Positions 1 to 14,360 of a DNA stretch of 64,000 nt are shown here, in pieces. The translations under genes were made by a program, and so were the position numbers. The notes beneath the pieces were generated by a model. It made no database searches. It saw only the letters and a program-made list of their open reading frames with translations, and had not been told where the DNA came from. Where the stretch lies: NCBI GenBank assembly GCA_030141605.1, contig JAQGDQ010000657.1:5711-69710 (forward strand), in the 5' to 3' direction. Each line of letters starts with the position of its first letter. The first letter of the stretch is position 1. Source of the stretch: Tubiluchus corallicola. Its lineage: Eukaryota > Animalia > Priapulida.

Positions 1-1384
1 ATACATTCAAAACCACAAGGGCTCTTGTACAATATGTATCGGGCCCGGAGTATGCCCCCCCCCTCCGCAGAAGAAGCATAGACCCACAGTGGCCTATACA
101 TACTGACACAACTGAGAGTATATACACACACACATATATATATATTGGGTACTACAACAAGCGAACATTTTTGTAAATTTGGGGGCCCACTCTTCAGTTT
201 GTCATAGGGTCCACAAGAAGGTAAATCTGACCTTGGCTATGTCACAGACATCTCTGTGCATACTCCATAGCCTACTTTCAGCATTGACACAAGCATCTCG
301 AATACTCTATTCCCAAGTAAAATACAAGCATTGAAAGTTTTCGGTTTTTCGTACTTGGAGTGTAGAATTTGGCACGCTGCGCCTCTGTTTCAGGAATTCA
401 CTTATATATATAAGCGAAGCTAGTTTTTTTACTAGTCGCTTTTTAGTTCTGTTCGGTTCAGTACTTCGTTACTTCCACTAATATGATTGTCATTTTTTCT
501 CAACTAAATAAAACTCATGTTTCTCTAACTTTAATATATCGATTTCGAGTTTACTCTGCGCCAATACTAGTGACTGATTTTGTACTTTTCCCCAGCAGGT
601 CAATAGACATACTGATTAATCGACTGTCTCTTCAATGTTGTCACAGCAGCACAAGTTCGTATGCTAAAGTTAACACGTAGCTTAAAATTAATGAAGCTTC
701 GATTATTTCCTTTTACCTGACGGTGTAGCGATGATCAATTCCTTTCTCATCCATTGTGTTTAATTATGTTGGAAACTCGTCTGTATCGCCGCTTTTTGCC
801 TGGATATTTTCCAACTTAAATCCTCATGCAGATCTTTGTCTCACGTGTAAGTATATCCTTCACTTTGTGGACACTGAAGGTAACTGAAGCATTATTGCAG
901 TAACTGTTGAGGCTACTAATTTTCATAACTCGTACTTAATTTCGACTCTATCTTGAACAACAGGGCAAAACTTTGTACTTTGATACCACGTAATGTTTAA
1001 CTAACACGAGTTGTAGCTTGCAACTTACTTCTTTTGACATTTGAGAGAGGCGTAGCTTAGTGGTCGTGATATAGGCCTAAGCTATGCAGCACGGATTGTG
1101 TTAAGCAGTGCTCGATTTGTGAAATGAATTGGTGGGTGACAGGAATAGGTAAAATCTGGGTGATTTCCGGAATTTCTTTGGTTCGTGGAGGATACGTATA
1201 CATCTGAACTTGTTCGAAATAAGTCTGCTTGTTTATTCTCAAATTTTTTGATAGTGAGCGAGATTTTGGGTCCGCCACAATTATGATTTCTGGTCCGTAC
1301 TGTTGAAACCTGGCCTACTTTCAAATTTTGTTGTTAATTTGGTCCGACTACGAAGGGACGATAAGGCAGCTTTAAAGTATAAAG

Positions 1385-2018
1385 TTAAAGGACAAGAAAA
1401 GGGTACCTGAAGTAGGTTTCAGAAAAATCACCTTAAAAATTTCACTTTTAAGCAATTTTATGCGTATATGGTAGTCGAGTTAAAAGGAATTTTTGTTTGT
1501 TTTCATTTTAAATCTCGCGCCATTACATGACGTCACTATGCAAACGTTAATCAGGGAAAGAAAAGGAAATGTTAAATTATGTCCCAAAAAACTTTCCGTG
1601 CAAATCTATATTACTTAGCATTTCGCTTACCTGCTTGAAAGACTTATGCAACTACAAATAATAATTTAAAATGTTAGTGCCAATTGATATAAAATGTCGC
1701 TCACTCACCCTCCAAGGTGCACCACTCACTAAAAAAACTTATTTTTAATCTTATTGACAAGATACAGTAATTCAAAATTTTACTTAGTTAGTAACACGTG
1801 TACTACGAAGGCTCTGATTATTTTTTCAAACTTTGAACATTGTGTAAACGACCGTTAAAATGGCTGCGCCTAACGGTCATCGCAGGAGTTTAAATTTACA
1901 CGTTTAATACAGCGTTACGGCCGACGCAAACCATGTATGCAAAAAGGCAGCAGGTAAGTGGTATAAAATATGAGGACGAATTTTTAAGCTTTATGTATGT
2001 GTTTTCTTTCTGCTTTAA
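1385..2018. mobile_element. TTAA-flanked non-autonomous DNA transposon (Kolobok-like), family A
   Basis: TTAA|AGGACAAGAAA ... TCTGCT|TTAA; colinear homologue at 33467-34095. Confidence 0.7.
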
Positions 2019-4112
2019 GTTTATTCAAGTTGTCCCGGCCAGTCGGCTCATTTTGAAATTTGTTGTAACAGTAATTGCACGTTTATTTTACATGGCTATT
2101 AATCTTTATCAACAATGACAATGCTCTACGTCTAGCATAATGTTTGTTAAATAAAGAAAAACAATCACTTTCAGTAAATTTTCCTTGGTGCAAATCTCAG
2201 AGATAATCGACGGTTCCTTGGTGCAAATCTCAGAGATAATCGACGGCATCTTGTATGTCTTTGTTATGGAAACGTTAGCAATGATGAATATTGCGTTTCT
2301 ACCGATGGCATGATAGCAGGTAAAATACGTGAAGCCCTATTATAAGATCAACTGATATGTTACGTTACGTTATGTTTACTTACGTTATATAACTGCAGGT
2401 TACAAAATACATTTGTTGAAACACTTTAATTCCATTCTTAAAATTTTCATTGTTTTGCTTTACTATCAGTTTTTCTGGGTTCTATTTTTTGAAGCTGCAA
2501 CCAAACTTATAAAGTAACTACGGAGACGTGGAGAAATTTACAATCTTGTTGCTGCTTTATATGGCTTGGCATCTTTAGAGCTTTAAAGATTGCTATTTTG
2601 GTGACCCAGGTTTGTGAATTTTTGTGATACGACTAATTATGCATGCTTGTGTGTGTGTGTGTGCGTGCGTGCGCACGCACGTGAAACCTTGTACAGTCGC
2701 AGCTTGTGAAATCGAATTCATCTCATCTACACTTCATTATTACAAGCCAATCTTATTCGACACTGACAGCATTGGTTTCTTCACCCCCCCCCCCCCGGAT
2801 TTTGGGATCTTGCCCCCACCGGAAAAATATCTCATTCGCAAATGTCCCATATTGAGCCATGTACGAGATCTCCAGCTCACTTAGCCGCACAAAAAATTGC
2901 GGCCCTCACTTCAAAAATGTAAGAGGAGATCCAGCCTAGTGAAAAAAAACCTAAAAAACCCAACCACCCCGTGATCTTTGCCCCGCAGTGACGAAAGTGA
3001 AAGCAAACCCGAGCCAGTCAATAACTGCCAACTAACTCACCTAGACTGAATTGATCAGGTTGAATGTAATGACTGTTTAAATCAGTTAATGCACATAAAC
3101 AGTATAATACGAACATAACTAGGTCAGTGGATACAATCGATAGTTATCATGAAGTTGGAGCCACTTCAAGAAACATCAAAAATTGAATTCTAATGATTTA
3201 AATAAATTTAATGGTAAAATTAAAGGCAGGTGAAATTTCTCGTAGTTCCGTCCTTATGAACTGGTTATTAAGTGTTTCTCGTTTAGCAGAAAAGCGTTTC
3301 AACTCAATCCATTCCCTACAACACATTCAATTTAAACGTTTTACTAACACGAATCACAGGCAGATAATGGGGCAGCTGATGTTCTCTCAGGTGGCCGTTG
3401 AGTGATAATACTGGTGTCTATGTCATCAGTAGACATTTGCATTTAGAAGCATGTAGCATGTTAGTAGCAGAAGCATGTTAGAAGTATGCAGACGGTAGCA
3501 TGTTTCCGAAACTGCTGTCCTTAAGCTGTACCTGAGCCATAGATACAATAATACCTTGCTTAGTGAACGCGTTGGGCAAGTTTAGGAAGACGGAGCACAT
3601 GAAAGAAAGAGAGTTGTCAAATGAGCAGAACGTCAGAGTTATGGCCTGGAAATTTATTCCTTTAATTTGTTAAAAACCACTTGCTTTTTGTGAATTTTTA
3701 CCCAAGTAGTTAGAAGTTTGTCAGCTCTACAAACTGTCAGCTTTACAAACTCTAGCAATATAAATACTGCTGCCCACGTGCCGAGAAGGACGTTGATAAG
3801 GAATCATGCATCCTTCGCTAGTATTTAGTACTTCCTTCGCTAGTATTTAGTACTTCCTTCGCTAGTATTTAGTACTTTATAAACAGAAATGAGTTTTTGT
3901 TTCAAGTATCCTAATTTACAGGTCGTTTCATCTGGAAAAATCCACCAGGCTGATCCACCTGGCCTTAACAGTCTGATCGTATAAGCAGAGTTTTTTGACA
4001 TGAAAGCGCTGTCTTGAAACTAGATAGAGACTGCTTCTTTAGTTGGCAGATTATTTTGACAAAGTTATTTTGGCAGATTAGCCTTTGCTACGTCTATATT
4101 GTACTGCAGGGC

Positions 4113-4513
4113 TGTGATGAGGTACTGTAATACTGGCAGGAGAATACAGCGGACTTCTCAGGTGTGCGTGTGAACGTGGCTTTAACTAGCACATAGACGC
4201 TTATTCTGACCTTGTGTTAGTGGGAGCCACTAGTCACGTGCACACCTGAGCTTATAAAAAGGGTAGGTCTGCTGTAGATCCTTGTCAGTGGTCAGTGGTC
4301 GTCCCATCTTATCTCAGCTCTGTTCGCACTTCATCAAGCTTTCTGTTTGCTCCATTCGGTAAGCTGTCTGGAACATTTATTTTGTTTGGGTAATAAATCG
4401 TCATTTTTATTTTATTCATTTTGGTTTTTGTCTTTGAGTCATGCCGCACGGTGTAGGCCGCGGTGCCATCCGTTCTGCCTCCACTAAAAGTGGAGAGCAG
4501 TCCAATATTATAC
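4113..4513 (+). mobile_element. Possible solo LTR
   Basis: TG...CA bounded, GC-richer segment with TATAAAA (~4253) and a downstream AATAAA (~4392); no clear TSD. Confidence 0.3.
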
Positions 4514-5624
4514 ATGCACGTCTATTTGCCTGTGTACACATTGTATAAGATTATCAGCTTAGAAGCAATTTTTTTATGCTAATCTTGACTGAGTCAAAAG
4601 TTCATTATAGTTCTAGGGCAAAGCAGTCGCTTAAAAAGTGATTATTGAAATAAATGAGTTAAATATTCTTTTCAATAGTGACCAGAAACCAGTATTTTAA
4701 CAGCCAGCAGCAATATTCTGTTTTCGTGTAATACTTTTCTGGTGAAAATTCAACCTCAGTGCCATTCGTTGTGTGTATAAACTCGCAACTATGCATAGCC
4801 CTAGGTAGTAGGCTGTTTATGACCACCATAAATAACACTATAGTGTCAGAATTTCGCCTTTCTTCTATACAAATCTAGAAGCTTCATGAATTGTTTGCAA
4901 GCTAGTCAGCCCCTCGTAGTTTAGTGACTTAGTCAATGAGTACTGCACGTTCCTTGCTGTACTAGCGTTATTATAACAATGCGTATTTATCGATGCTTGT
5001 TTAGTAAGAAAATTAATTCACCGCTATAATTATCCAACATTAAAACATACTGAAGGCCTATGTTCCTAGAGTTCCAAAGGTGACACGTTTTGCTGATGAT
5101 CAGATATTAACAATGCATTGAAATGATGACGGTGACACGATGTTATGATTGATGTTCGAGTTACAAGTAATAGAATTACCCATCTCTAGTATAGGGACAA
5201 TTGTTTATTGCTACATAAGTTATAAATGACAGAAGTGTAGCATACAGATTCTAGTTTCAGTAGGTCAACTTTAATTTCTTATCATTATCATTATTATTTT
5301 TAATTTCATTGCACCAATAATAATTTGTAGTGCTAGTAAAAATTTATAAAATGTGCTGGCCAAACTTCAGCTAGTTTACTTAAAGCCTCTCTGGCCTGGT
5401 TTCATGATAGGACACATACATTTAAAGTTTAGCAGCTGACAATGATTTGTTACTATTGCGGACCTTGCGGATCGCATCTCTGCTGATTTCATACGGTCCG
5501 CGGAATTTGTGGAGTCACGGAACCATTCTTCTGTGGACTGCGGAGTTGCGGACTTGAAAATGCTGGGTCCGCGACCCTTTGCCAGGTAGTGCTTGACCTA
5601 TCAAAATTGGCAACATCACCTGTT

Positions 5625-5925
5625 CAGGACTCGTACTCTACTTTTCAAAAATATAGGACATTATTCTAAAAAATATAGGAATTATAGGACATTTTTCCTT
5701 AAAAATGAAAGTTTCTAACCTTACACTACAGTGATTTTCACAATTTCTTTGCAAAAGTAAATGATCGTGCCGAAGGCGTGCGAAAAATACCAATAACATT
5801 CTCATTTCATTGAGAATTCATGATTTTATAGGAATTATAGGACATTTTTATAGTTTATCAAGTTTTGTAGGCATTTTTAGGACATAACCCCAAATATAGG
5901 AATTATAGAATGAGTACGCGCCCTG
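5625..5925. mobile_element. hAT-like MITE with a 6-bp target duplication
   Basis: CAGGACTCGTACTC ... GAGTACGCGCCCTG flanked on both sides by cctgtt; internal tatagga subterminal repeats. Confidence 0.6.
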
Positions 5926-6189
5926 CCTGTTCACCAATAATTCATGATTTTACAGGAATTCATGATTTTATAGGAATTATAGGCTGCCAGGAATCATTTG
6001 CTGCCAGTTTACCAGCAAATGACCGAAGTAGACTTTTGTGTCAAAACGGTTTCTGTGAAACTGTTCATGCAAACAAGTCTACATCAAAGTCCAAGGTTGA
6101 TGAACATATGTCACCCTCTCAGAGATGTACTTATGATGGACTATCTGGAAGATCTGGTAACTGAACAATGTATTGCACTTACAGTAAGA

Positions 6190-6522
6190 CAGCGTCTGGA
6201 AACTCGCCCTGTTCAATTGCCAGGAAGTGTTATTTTCTTCGACTTGGTATTCCCTAACCAGCGTCTGGAAACTGGCCCTGTTCAATTGCCAGGAAGTGTT
6301 ATTTCCTACGACTTGGTATTCCCTAACCAGCATCTGGAAACTGGCTCCATTCATTTGCCAGGAAGTGTTATTTCCTTCGACTTGGTATTCCCTAACCAGC
6401 ATCTGGAAACTGGCTCCATTCAATTGCCAGGAATTGTTATTTCCTACAACTTGGTATTCCCTAACCAGCGTCTGGAAACTGGCTCCATTCAATTGCCAGG
6501 AAGTGTTATTTCCTTCGACTTA
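6190..6522. repeat. 69-bp minisatellite, ~5 copies
   Basis: Unit cagcgtctggaaactggccctgttcaattgccaggaagtgttatttcctacgacttggtattccctaac. Confidence 0.9.
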
Positions 6523-6954
6523 GGGATACACTGTTTATACTCAGATGCAGAGGTGACCTTTAAAATTGCAACCAGCACACAGCAAGAAAACAGCAAGACA
6601 CTAAAATTCACACTTGGTTGCAACTGGCCAGTGGCAGACTACGGACTTGAATTTTCGACTCCTTGCTGTGAACGAAATGAGTCACTAAAATGAGGGGAAA
6701 TGTAAAATGTAACCTTTATTATAATAAACAGAGAAAACATTATGAAGTTCCTAAACAGTGTTTTTGCAGAATTTTTGTGATAGTGTGAGACAATACATGA
6801 TCAAAGATAGGTAATTGGGTACCTGTGCCAAATATGGCTGCCTTATTTATACACGAAGCATCTACATGGTATATTAATTATAAATGCGTAACAAAGAACA
6901 AGCATCTCGCAAACTCGTGACATGAGAAATTGTTTCTCACTTTCATCACTTTGA

Positions 6955-7935
6955 AGTAGAAGAAAGTCTAATACAATTACAAATAACGATTCTCAGTTCC
7001 GTCCAGTGGATCTTTAATTATTGGACAATACCAGGATTTTGTAGGTGGCTTTGACGCGACATAATCACACTGCTGTAGAATAAAGTCTAATACTACTGAT
7101 CTCTAGTTAATACAAATAACAATTACATATCAGAAATAATGATTTTCAATTCCACTCCGTGGAAGTTTATTATTTGGACAGGATCAAGATTTTGTAGGTG
7201 GCAGATTTGTTGCAAAATAATCATACTGATGTAGAACAAAGTCTAATGCTACTGATCTCTAGTTAATACAAATAACAATTATATATTGCAAACAACGATT
7301 ACCAATTCCACTCCGTGAATGCTTAATTATTGGACAGAACCAGGATTTTAATGGTGGCAGATTCGATGCAACTCAATCACTTTGATGTAGAACAAAATCT
7401 AATGTTACTGATCTCTAGTTAATATAAATAACAATTATATATGAGAAATAATGATTTTCAATTCCACTCCGTGGCAGTTTAATCTTTGGTCAGGATCAGG
7501 ATTTTGTAGGTGGCAGATTTGTTGCAAAATAATCACACTGATCAGAAATAATGATTTTCAATTCCACTCTGTGGAAGTTTATTATTTGGTCAGGACCAAG
7601 ATTTTGTAGGTGGCAGATTTGTTGCAAAATAACCACACTGATGTAGAACAAAGTCTAATGCTACTGATCCCTAGTTAATACAAATAACAATTATATATTG
7701 CAAACAATGATTTTTAATTCCACCAGGTGGATGCTTAATTATTGGGCAGAGCCAGGATTTTAAAGGTGGCAGATTTGAGGCAACCCAATCATTTTAATAG
7801 AGAACAAAGTTTAATGCTACTGATATCTATTTAATATAAATAACAATTAAACATTGCAAATAACAATTTTCAATTCTACCTGGAGGATGACTAATTATTG
7901 GACAAGATTTAGTAGGTGGCAGATTTGAAAAACAC
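6955..7935 (+). pseudogene. Pentraxin C-terminal cassettes, cluster 1 (7 copies, stop-containing)
   Basis: Units translate as e.g. LPIPLRECLIIGQNQDFNGGRFDATQSL*, matching the pentraxin G.LILGQEQD..GG.F...QSF.G motif. Confidence 0.8.
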
Positions 7936-9525
7936 ACAATGCCCTGTAGTAAGAAAAGATACACACTGTGGCAAAAATTTAAATTTTTCACAAATGTTTC
8001 CTTGTAAAGGTCTTCTTTCCATTGCTTTAAATCATTTTGTGTGACTGCAGTTGCTAACTAGAGGGGCTACGTTTGTGCATAATGTCAGAGTAGCAAAAGT
8101 GACTGCAGTAAAACCTCGGTTCATGTATTGCAAACAAATCAGTGTGCGAACAAATTTTTCTAACAAATTTCGGCTCTGTTTTAGTACCATGTTCGGTATG
8201 TGAACGGATGACGAACCCCCTCTAATGGCCATGTGGCCACAATTCCATGTACAGTACATACCCACGCTCACGTGAACGGATGACAAACTCATACTACTGA
8301 TGACGTGGTCTCAATTCACGCTCACTTGTTCTTGGCCACGTGCAGTGTACACATTCTGTGACAAAAACTTGAAAAAAAGAACTGTAAAGGCAAGTGATAT
8401 AGCATTCTAGCTGTAGCACTTGAATCAACGTCACTTGATATATGAGCTAAACCAAACTTTCAGTACTAGAATGAGAAAAAGATGAATCATAGTCCGGCTC
8501 GGCAAACATTGTTCCTAGATATTTTATAATATGTCTTCAACAAAGAGTGACTCTGTGAAACAAGTTGTCATCTATGTTTTAGTGTAATAATCCTAGTTAT
8601 TACGTAACATTATGCCACCATCCTGGCTAATTGTGACCTGCATGTCAACCATTTGGATGCTCACGCAAAATTCAGATGTTGTGGTGACAATACGATAATA
8701 AAAGAATTGAAGGTTTATGGTGCAGCCATGATGAAACAGATGCTAAAATAAGTTTGCATGCTTCTTTCATTAGCAAGCTGTTACAGTCTGATGAGATAGT
8801 AGTTTGTGCAGCAGATAGTGATGCTGACTTTTTAGTCCATCACCATGATCCAACATCTTACTGTCTGGATGCAGACAGGTATTACATTAAGAAATAACAT
8901 TTAGTTTGTTAACTTGTCGAAAGTTCCTGAAACTTTGGGACCACTTACATGCTATGCATACTATGCTTGCATGCGTTGAAGGGAATGAGAGTGAATACAC
9001 TCCTTTGCTTTAAATCAACTTGTGTGACTGCAGTTGCCAACTCGGGGGACTATGCGCATTTGTGCAAAATGTCAGAAAAGCAAAAGTGAGTGCAGTAAAA
9101 CAGCGGTTCATGTATTACAAGCAACTGGGTGTGCGAACAGTTATTCGGCTTTGTTTTACTACCATGTTCGGTATGTGAATGGATGACAAATCTACACTAC
9201 TAGCCACACGGCCACATGAATGGATGACGAACCCACTCTAATGGCCATCTGGTCACAATTCCATATACAGTACATACCCACGCTCACGTGAAAGGATGAC
9301 GCACCCACTATAAGGGCCATGTGGCCACAATTCCATATACAGTATGTACCCACGCTCACAAGAACGGATGACGAACCCACTCTAATGGCCATGTGGCCAC
9401 AATTCCATGTACAGTACGCACCCACGCTCACGTGAACGGATGACGAACTCATGCTACCGATCATATGGCCTCAATTCACGCTCACTTGTTCTTGGCCACG
9501 TGCAGTGTACACATTGTTCAGGAGT

Positions 9526-10420
9526 GTGCAGATTTGACAAATACTCAAAGTTTCAAGGGAAAAATTTTCTATCTTAACATCAATTCACGAAGCAGCAGAA
9601 ATGGCACACAACTGTTTAAACCTGGCGATTTCTTCACTTGGAATAATTCTCACATAGAGTTCAAAGGTATTAGAACAAAGTCTAATGCTACTGATTTCTA
9701 TTTAATATAAATAACAGTTATATATTACAAACAAAGATTTTCATTTCCGTCCAGTGGCTCCTTGCTGTTTGGGCAAGACCAGGATTTTGTAGGTGGCTTT
9801 GACGCAAAATAATCACACTAATGTAGAACAAAGTCTAATACTACTGATCTCTAGTTAATATAAATAACAATTACATATCAGAAATAATGATTTTCAATTC
9901 CACTCTGTGGCAGTTTAATCTTTGGTCAGGATCAGGATTTTGTAGGTGGCAGATTTGTTGCAAAATAATCACACTGATGTAGAACACAGTCTAATGCTAC
10001 TGATCCCTAGTTAATACAAAAAACGATTATATATTGTAAACAATGATTTTCAATTCCACCAGGTGGATGCTTCATTATTGGGCAAAGCCAGGACTTTGTA
10101 GATGGCAGATTTGATGCAACATAATCACATTGATATAGAACAAAGTCCAATGCTACTGATCTCTATTTAATATGAATAACAGTTATATATTACAAACAAA
10201 GATTTTCATTTCCCTCCAGCGGATCATTAATATTTGGTCAAGACCAGGATTATGTAGGTGGAAGATTTGAGGCAACACAAAGTTACAAGGGAGACATTGC
10301 CGATATTAACATCAATTACAGAAGCAGCAGAAATGACTTATAACTGTTTAAACCTGGCGATTTGTTCACTTGGAATGACTGTGACATGGAGCTCAGAGGC
10401 AATCGTAAAAAGGCCTAGTG
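9526..10420 (+). pseudogene. Pentraxin cassettes, cluster 2
   Basis: TQSFKGKIFYLNIN..FKPGDFFTWNNSHIEFKG plus four GQDQD/GQSQD units, the last continuing GGRFEATQSYKGDIADININ. Confidence 0.8.
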
Positions 10421-10632
10421 AAAGGAGGAAAAACAATAGGATGATAGTCCGGCATCACACAAGCCCCTGCAGTAAGAAAAGATACACACTGTGGCAAAAA
10501 CTTGAATTCTTCACAAATGCTTCCTTGTAAAGGTCTTCTTTCCATTGCTTTAAATCATTTTGTGTGACTGCAGTTGCCAACTAGAGGAACTATGCACGTT
10601 TGTGCATAATGTCGGAACAGCAAAAGTCACTG

Positions 10633-11224
10633 CAGTAAAATCTCGGTTCATGTATTACAAACAAATTGGTGTGTGAACAAATTTTTCTAACAAATTTCGG
10701 CTCTGTTTTAGTACCATGTTCGGTATGTGAATGGATGACGAACTCACTCTAATGGCCGTGTGGCCACAATTCCATTCACAGTATGTACCCACGCTCACTT
10801 GAACGGATGATGAACTCACTCTAATGGCCATGTGGTCACAATTCCATGTACAGCACGTATGCATGCTCACGTGAACGGATGACGAACTCAGGCTACTGAT
10901 CACGTGGCCTCAATTCACGCTCACTTGTTCTTGGCCACGTGCAGTATACACATTGTTCGGTAGTGTGCTCTGTTATAAAAGATTACGTTTTACTTTTTTA
11001 GTAAGTTTTAGCCCTCACTATGGCTCCTAAGAAAGAGAAAGTGTCTAGTGATTCGACAATTTTGACAGAAAAACACTAAAACCACAAAAACATAAATAAA
11101 ATGCACCATATTTTTGAGGCTGGAATGAATTAAATGTAGTTATATTAATTTTAATGGGCAAAATTGATTCGGAGCCAGGAACAGGTACAGGAATGAATTA
11201 AGTTTGTGAACCAAGGTCTTACTG
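10633..11224. mobile_element. pogo/Tigger-type (Tc1/mariner) MITE with an internal 69-bp repeat
   Basis: TIRs CAGTAAAATCTCGGTTCA ... TGAACCAAGGTCTTACTG followed by TA. A second full copy lies at 15178-15627; truncated copies start near 8106, 9093, 12556 and 17428. Confidence 0.7.
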
Positions 11225-11226
11225 TA

Positions 11227-11720
11227 TAAATAACAATTTTCAATTGCACTTGGAGGATGACTAGTTATTGGACCGGATCAAGATTTTGTAGGTGGCAGAT
11301 TTGACAAACACACAAAGTTTCAAAGGGAACATTTTCGATCTTAACATCAATTCATGAAGCAGCAGAAATGGCATACAACTGTTTAAACCTGGCGATTTCT
11401 TCACTTAGAATAATTCTCACATAAGTTCAAAGGTATTAGAACAAAGTCTAATGTTACTGATTTCTATTTTAATATAAATAACAGTTATGTATTACAAAAA
11501 AAAGATTTTCATTTCCATCCAGCAGCTGCTTGCTGTTTGGGCAAGACCAAGATTCTGTAGATGGAAGATTTGAGGCAACACAAAGTTACAAGGGAGAAAT
11601 TGCTGATATTAACATCAATTCGAGAAGCAGCAGAAATGACTTATAATTGTTTAAACCCGGCAATTTGTTCACTTGGAATGACTGTGACATGGAGCTCAGG
11701 GGCAATCGTAAGAAGGCCTA
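11227..11720 (+). pseudogene. Pentraxin cassettes, cluster 3
   Basis: Two GxDQD units followed by FKGNIFDLNIN / YKGEIADININ and PG(D/N)(F/L)FT segments; stops and frameshifts. Confidence 0.75.
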
Positions 11721-12988
11721 GTGAAAGGAAGAAAAACAATAGGATGATAGTCCAGAATAACACAAGCCCCTGTTGCAGTAAAAAAAGAGACGCACTGTTG
11801 CAAAAACTTGAAAAAAAAGAACTGTAAAGGTAAGTGAACTAGCATTCTAGCTGTAGCACTTGAATCAACGTCACTTGATATATATATATATATACATATA
11901 TGTGCTAAACCAAACTTTCAGTACTAGAATAAGAAAAAAATGAATCATAGTCCGGCTCGGCAAATATTGTTCATAGATATTTTATAATATGTATATCTTC
12001 AACAAAGAGTGACTCTGTGAAACAAGTTGTCATCTATGCTTTAGTGTAATAATCCTAGTTATTACGTAACATTATGCCACCATCCTGGCTAATTGTGACC
12101 TGCATGTCAACCATTTGGATGCTCACGCAAAATTCAGATGTTGTGGTGACAATACGATAATAAAAGAATTGAAGGTTTATGGTGCAGCCATGATGAAACA
12201 GATGCTAAAATAAGTTTGCATGCTTCTTTCATTAGCAAGCTGTTACAGTCTGATGAGATAGTAGTTTGTGCAGCAGATAGTGATGCTGACTTTTTAGTCC
12301 ATCACCATGATCCAACATCTTACTGTCTGGATGCAGACAGGTATTACATTAAGAAATAACATTTAGTTTGTTAACTTGTCGAAAGTTCCTGAAACTTTGG
12401 GACCACTTACATGCTATGCATACTATGCTTGCATGCGTTGAATGGGAATGAGAGTGAATACACTCCTTTGCTTTAAATCAACTTGTGAGACTGCAGTTGC
12501 CAACTCGGGGGACTATGCGCATTTGTGCAAAATGTCAGAAAAGCAAAAGTGAGTGCAGTAAAACATCGGTTCATGTATTACAAGCAACTGGGTGTGCGAA
12601 CAGTTATTCGATTTTGTTTTACTACCATGTTCGGTATGTGAATGGATGACAAATCTACACTACTAGCCAGACGGCCACATGAACGGATGACGAACCCACT
12701 CTAATGGCCATGTGGCCACAATTCCATGTACAGTATGTACCCACGCTCACTGGAACGGATGACGAACCCACTCTGATGGCCATGTGGCCACAATTCCATA
12801 TACAGTATGTACCCACGCTCACAAGAACGGATGACGAACCCACTCTAATGGCCATGTGGCCACAATTCCATGTACAGTAAGCACCCACGCTCACGTGAAC
12901 GGATGACGAACTCATGCTACCGATCATATGGCCTCAATTCACGCTCACTTGTTCTTGGCCACGTGCAGTGTACACATTGTTCAGGAGT

Positions 12989-14360
12989 GTGCAGATTTGA
13001 CAAATACTCAAAGTTTCAAGGGGAAAATTTTCTATCTTAACATCAATTCACAAAGCAGCAGAAATGGCATACAACTGTTTAAACCCAGCGATTTCTTCAC
13101 TTGGAATAATTCTCACATAGAGTTCAAAGGTATTAGAACAAAGTCTAATGCTACTGATTTCTATTTAATATAAATAACAGTTATATATTACAAACAAAGA
13201 TTTTCATTTCCGTCCAGTGGCTCCTTGCTGTTTGGGCAAGACCAGGATTTTGTAGGTGGCAGATTTGTTGCAAAACAATAACACTGATGTAGAACAAAGT
13301 CTAATGCTACTGATCTCTAGTTAATATAAATAACAATTACATATCAGAAATAATGATTTTCAATTCCACTCCATGGCAGTTTAATCTTTGGTCAGGATCA
13401 GGATTTTGTAGGTGGCAGATTTGTTGCAAAATAATCACACTGATCAGAAATAATGATTTTCAATTCCACTCCGTGGAAGTTTATTCTTTGGTTAGGACCA
13501 AGATTTTGTAGCTGGCAGATTTGTTGCAAAATAATCACACTAATGTAGAACAAAGTCTAATGCTACTGATCCCTAGTTAATACAAATAACGATTATATAT
13601 TGTAAACAATGATTTTCAGTTCCACCAGGTGGATGCTTAATTATTGGGCAGAGCCAGGATTTTAAGGTGGCAGATTTGAGGCAACCCAATCACTTTAATG
13701 TAGAACAAAGTTTAATGCTACTGATATCTATTTAATATAAATAGCAATTAAACATTGCAAATAACAATTTTCAATTCCACTCCATGGATGCTTACTCTTT
13801 GGACAGGACCAGGATTTCGTAGGTGGCAGATTTGTTGCAACAAAATCACACTGATGTAGAACAAAGTCTCTCTATTTAACATAAATAACAATTATACATT
13901 GCAAATAACAATTTTCAATTCCAACTGGAGGATGACTAATTATTGGACAGGATCAAGATTTTGTAAGTGGCAGATTTGACAAACACACAAGGTTTCAAAG
14001 GGAAGGTTTTTGACCTTAACATCAATTCACGAAGCAGCAGAAATGGCATACAACTGTTTAAACCTGGCGATTTCTTCACTTGGAATAATTCTCACATAGA
14101 GTTCAAAGGTATTAGAACAAAGTCTAATTACAAACAAAGATTTTCAATTCCATCCAGCAGCTCCATGCTATTTGGGCAAGACCAAGATTATGTAGACGGA
14201 AGATTTGAGGCAACACAAAGTTACAAGGGAGAAATTGCTGATATTAACATCAATTCGAGAAGCAGCAGAAATGACTTATAATTGTTTAAACCTGGCAATT
14301 TGTTCACTTGGAATGACTGCGACATGGAGCTCAGAGGCAATCGTAAGAAGGCCTAGTGAA
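12989..14360 (+). pseudogene. Pentraxin cassettes, cluster 4 (includes the 104-aa ORF 13967-14281)
   Basis: Seven GQDQD-type units; the ORF reads ..SIPSSSSMLFGQDQDYVDGRFEATQSYKGEIADININ.. Confidence 0.82.

Noticed and set aside
7980-12930. Minus-strand Cys/Trp-rich ORFs (8032, 9192, 10655, 12655) as metal-binding peptides
   Set aside because: They derive from the 69-bp internal repeat of the pogo-type MITE.
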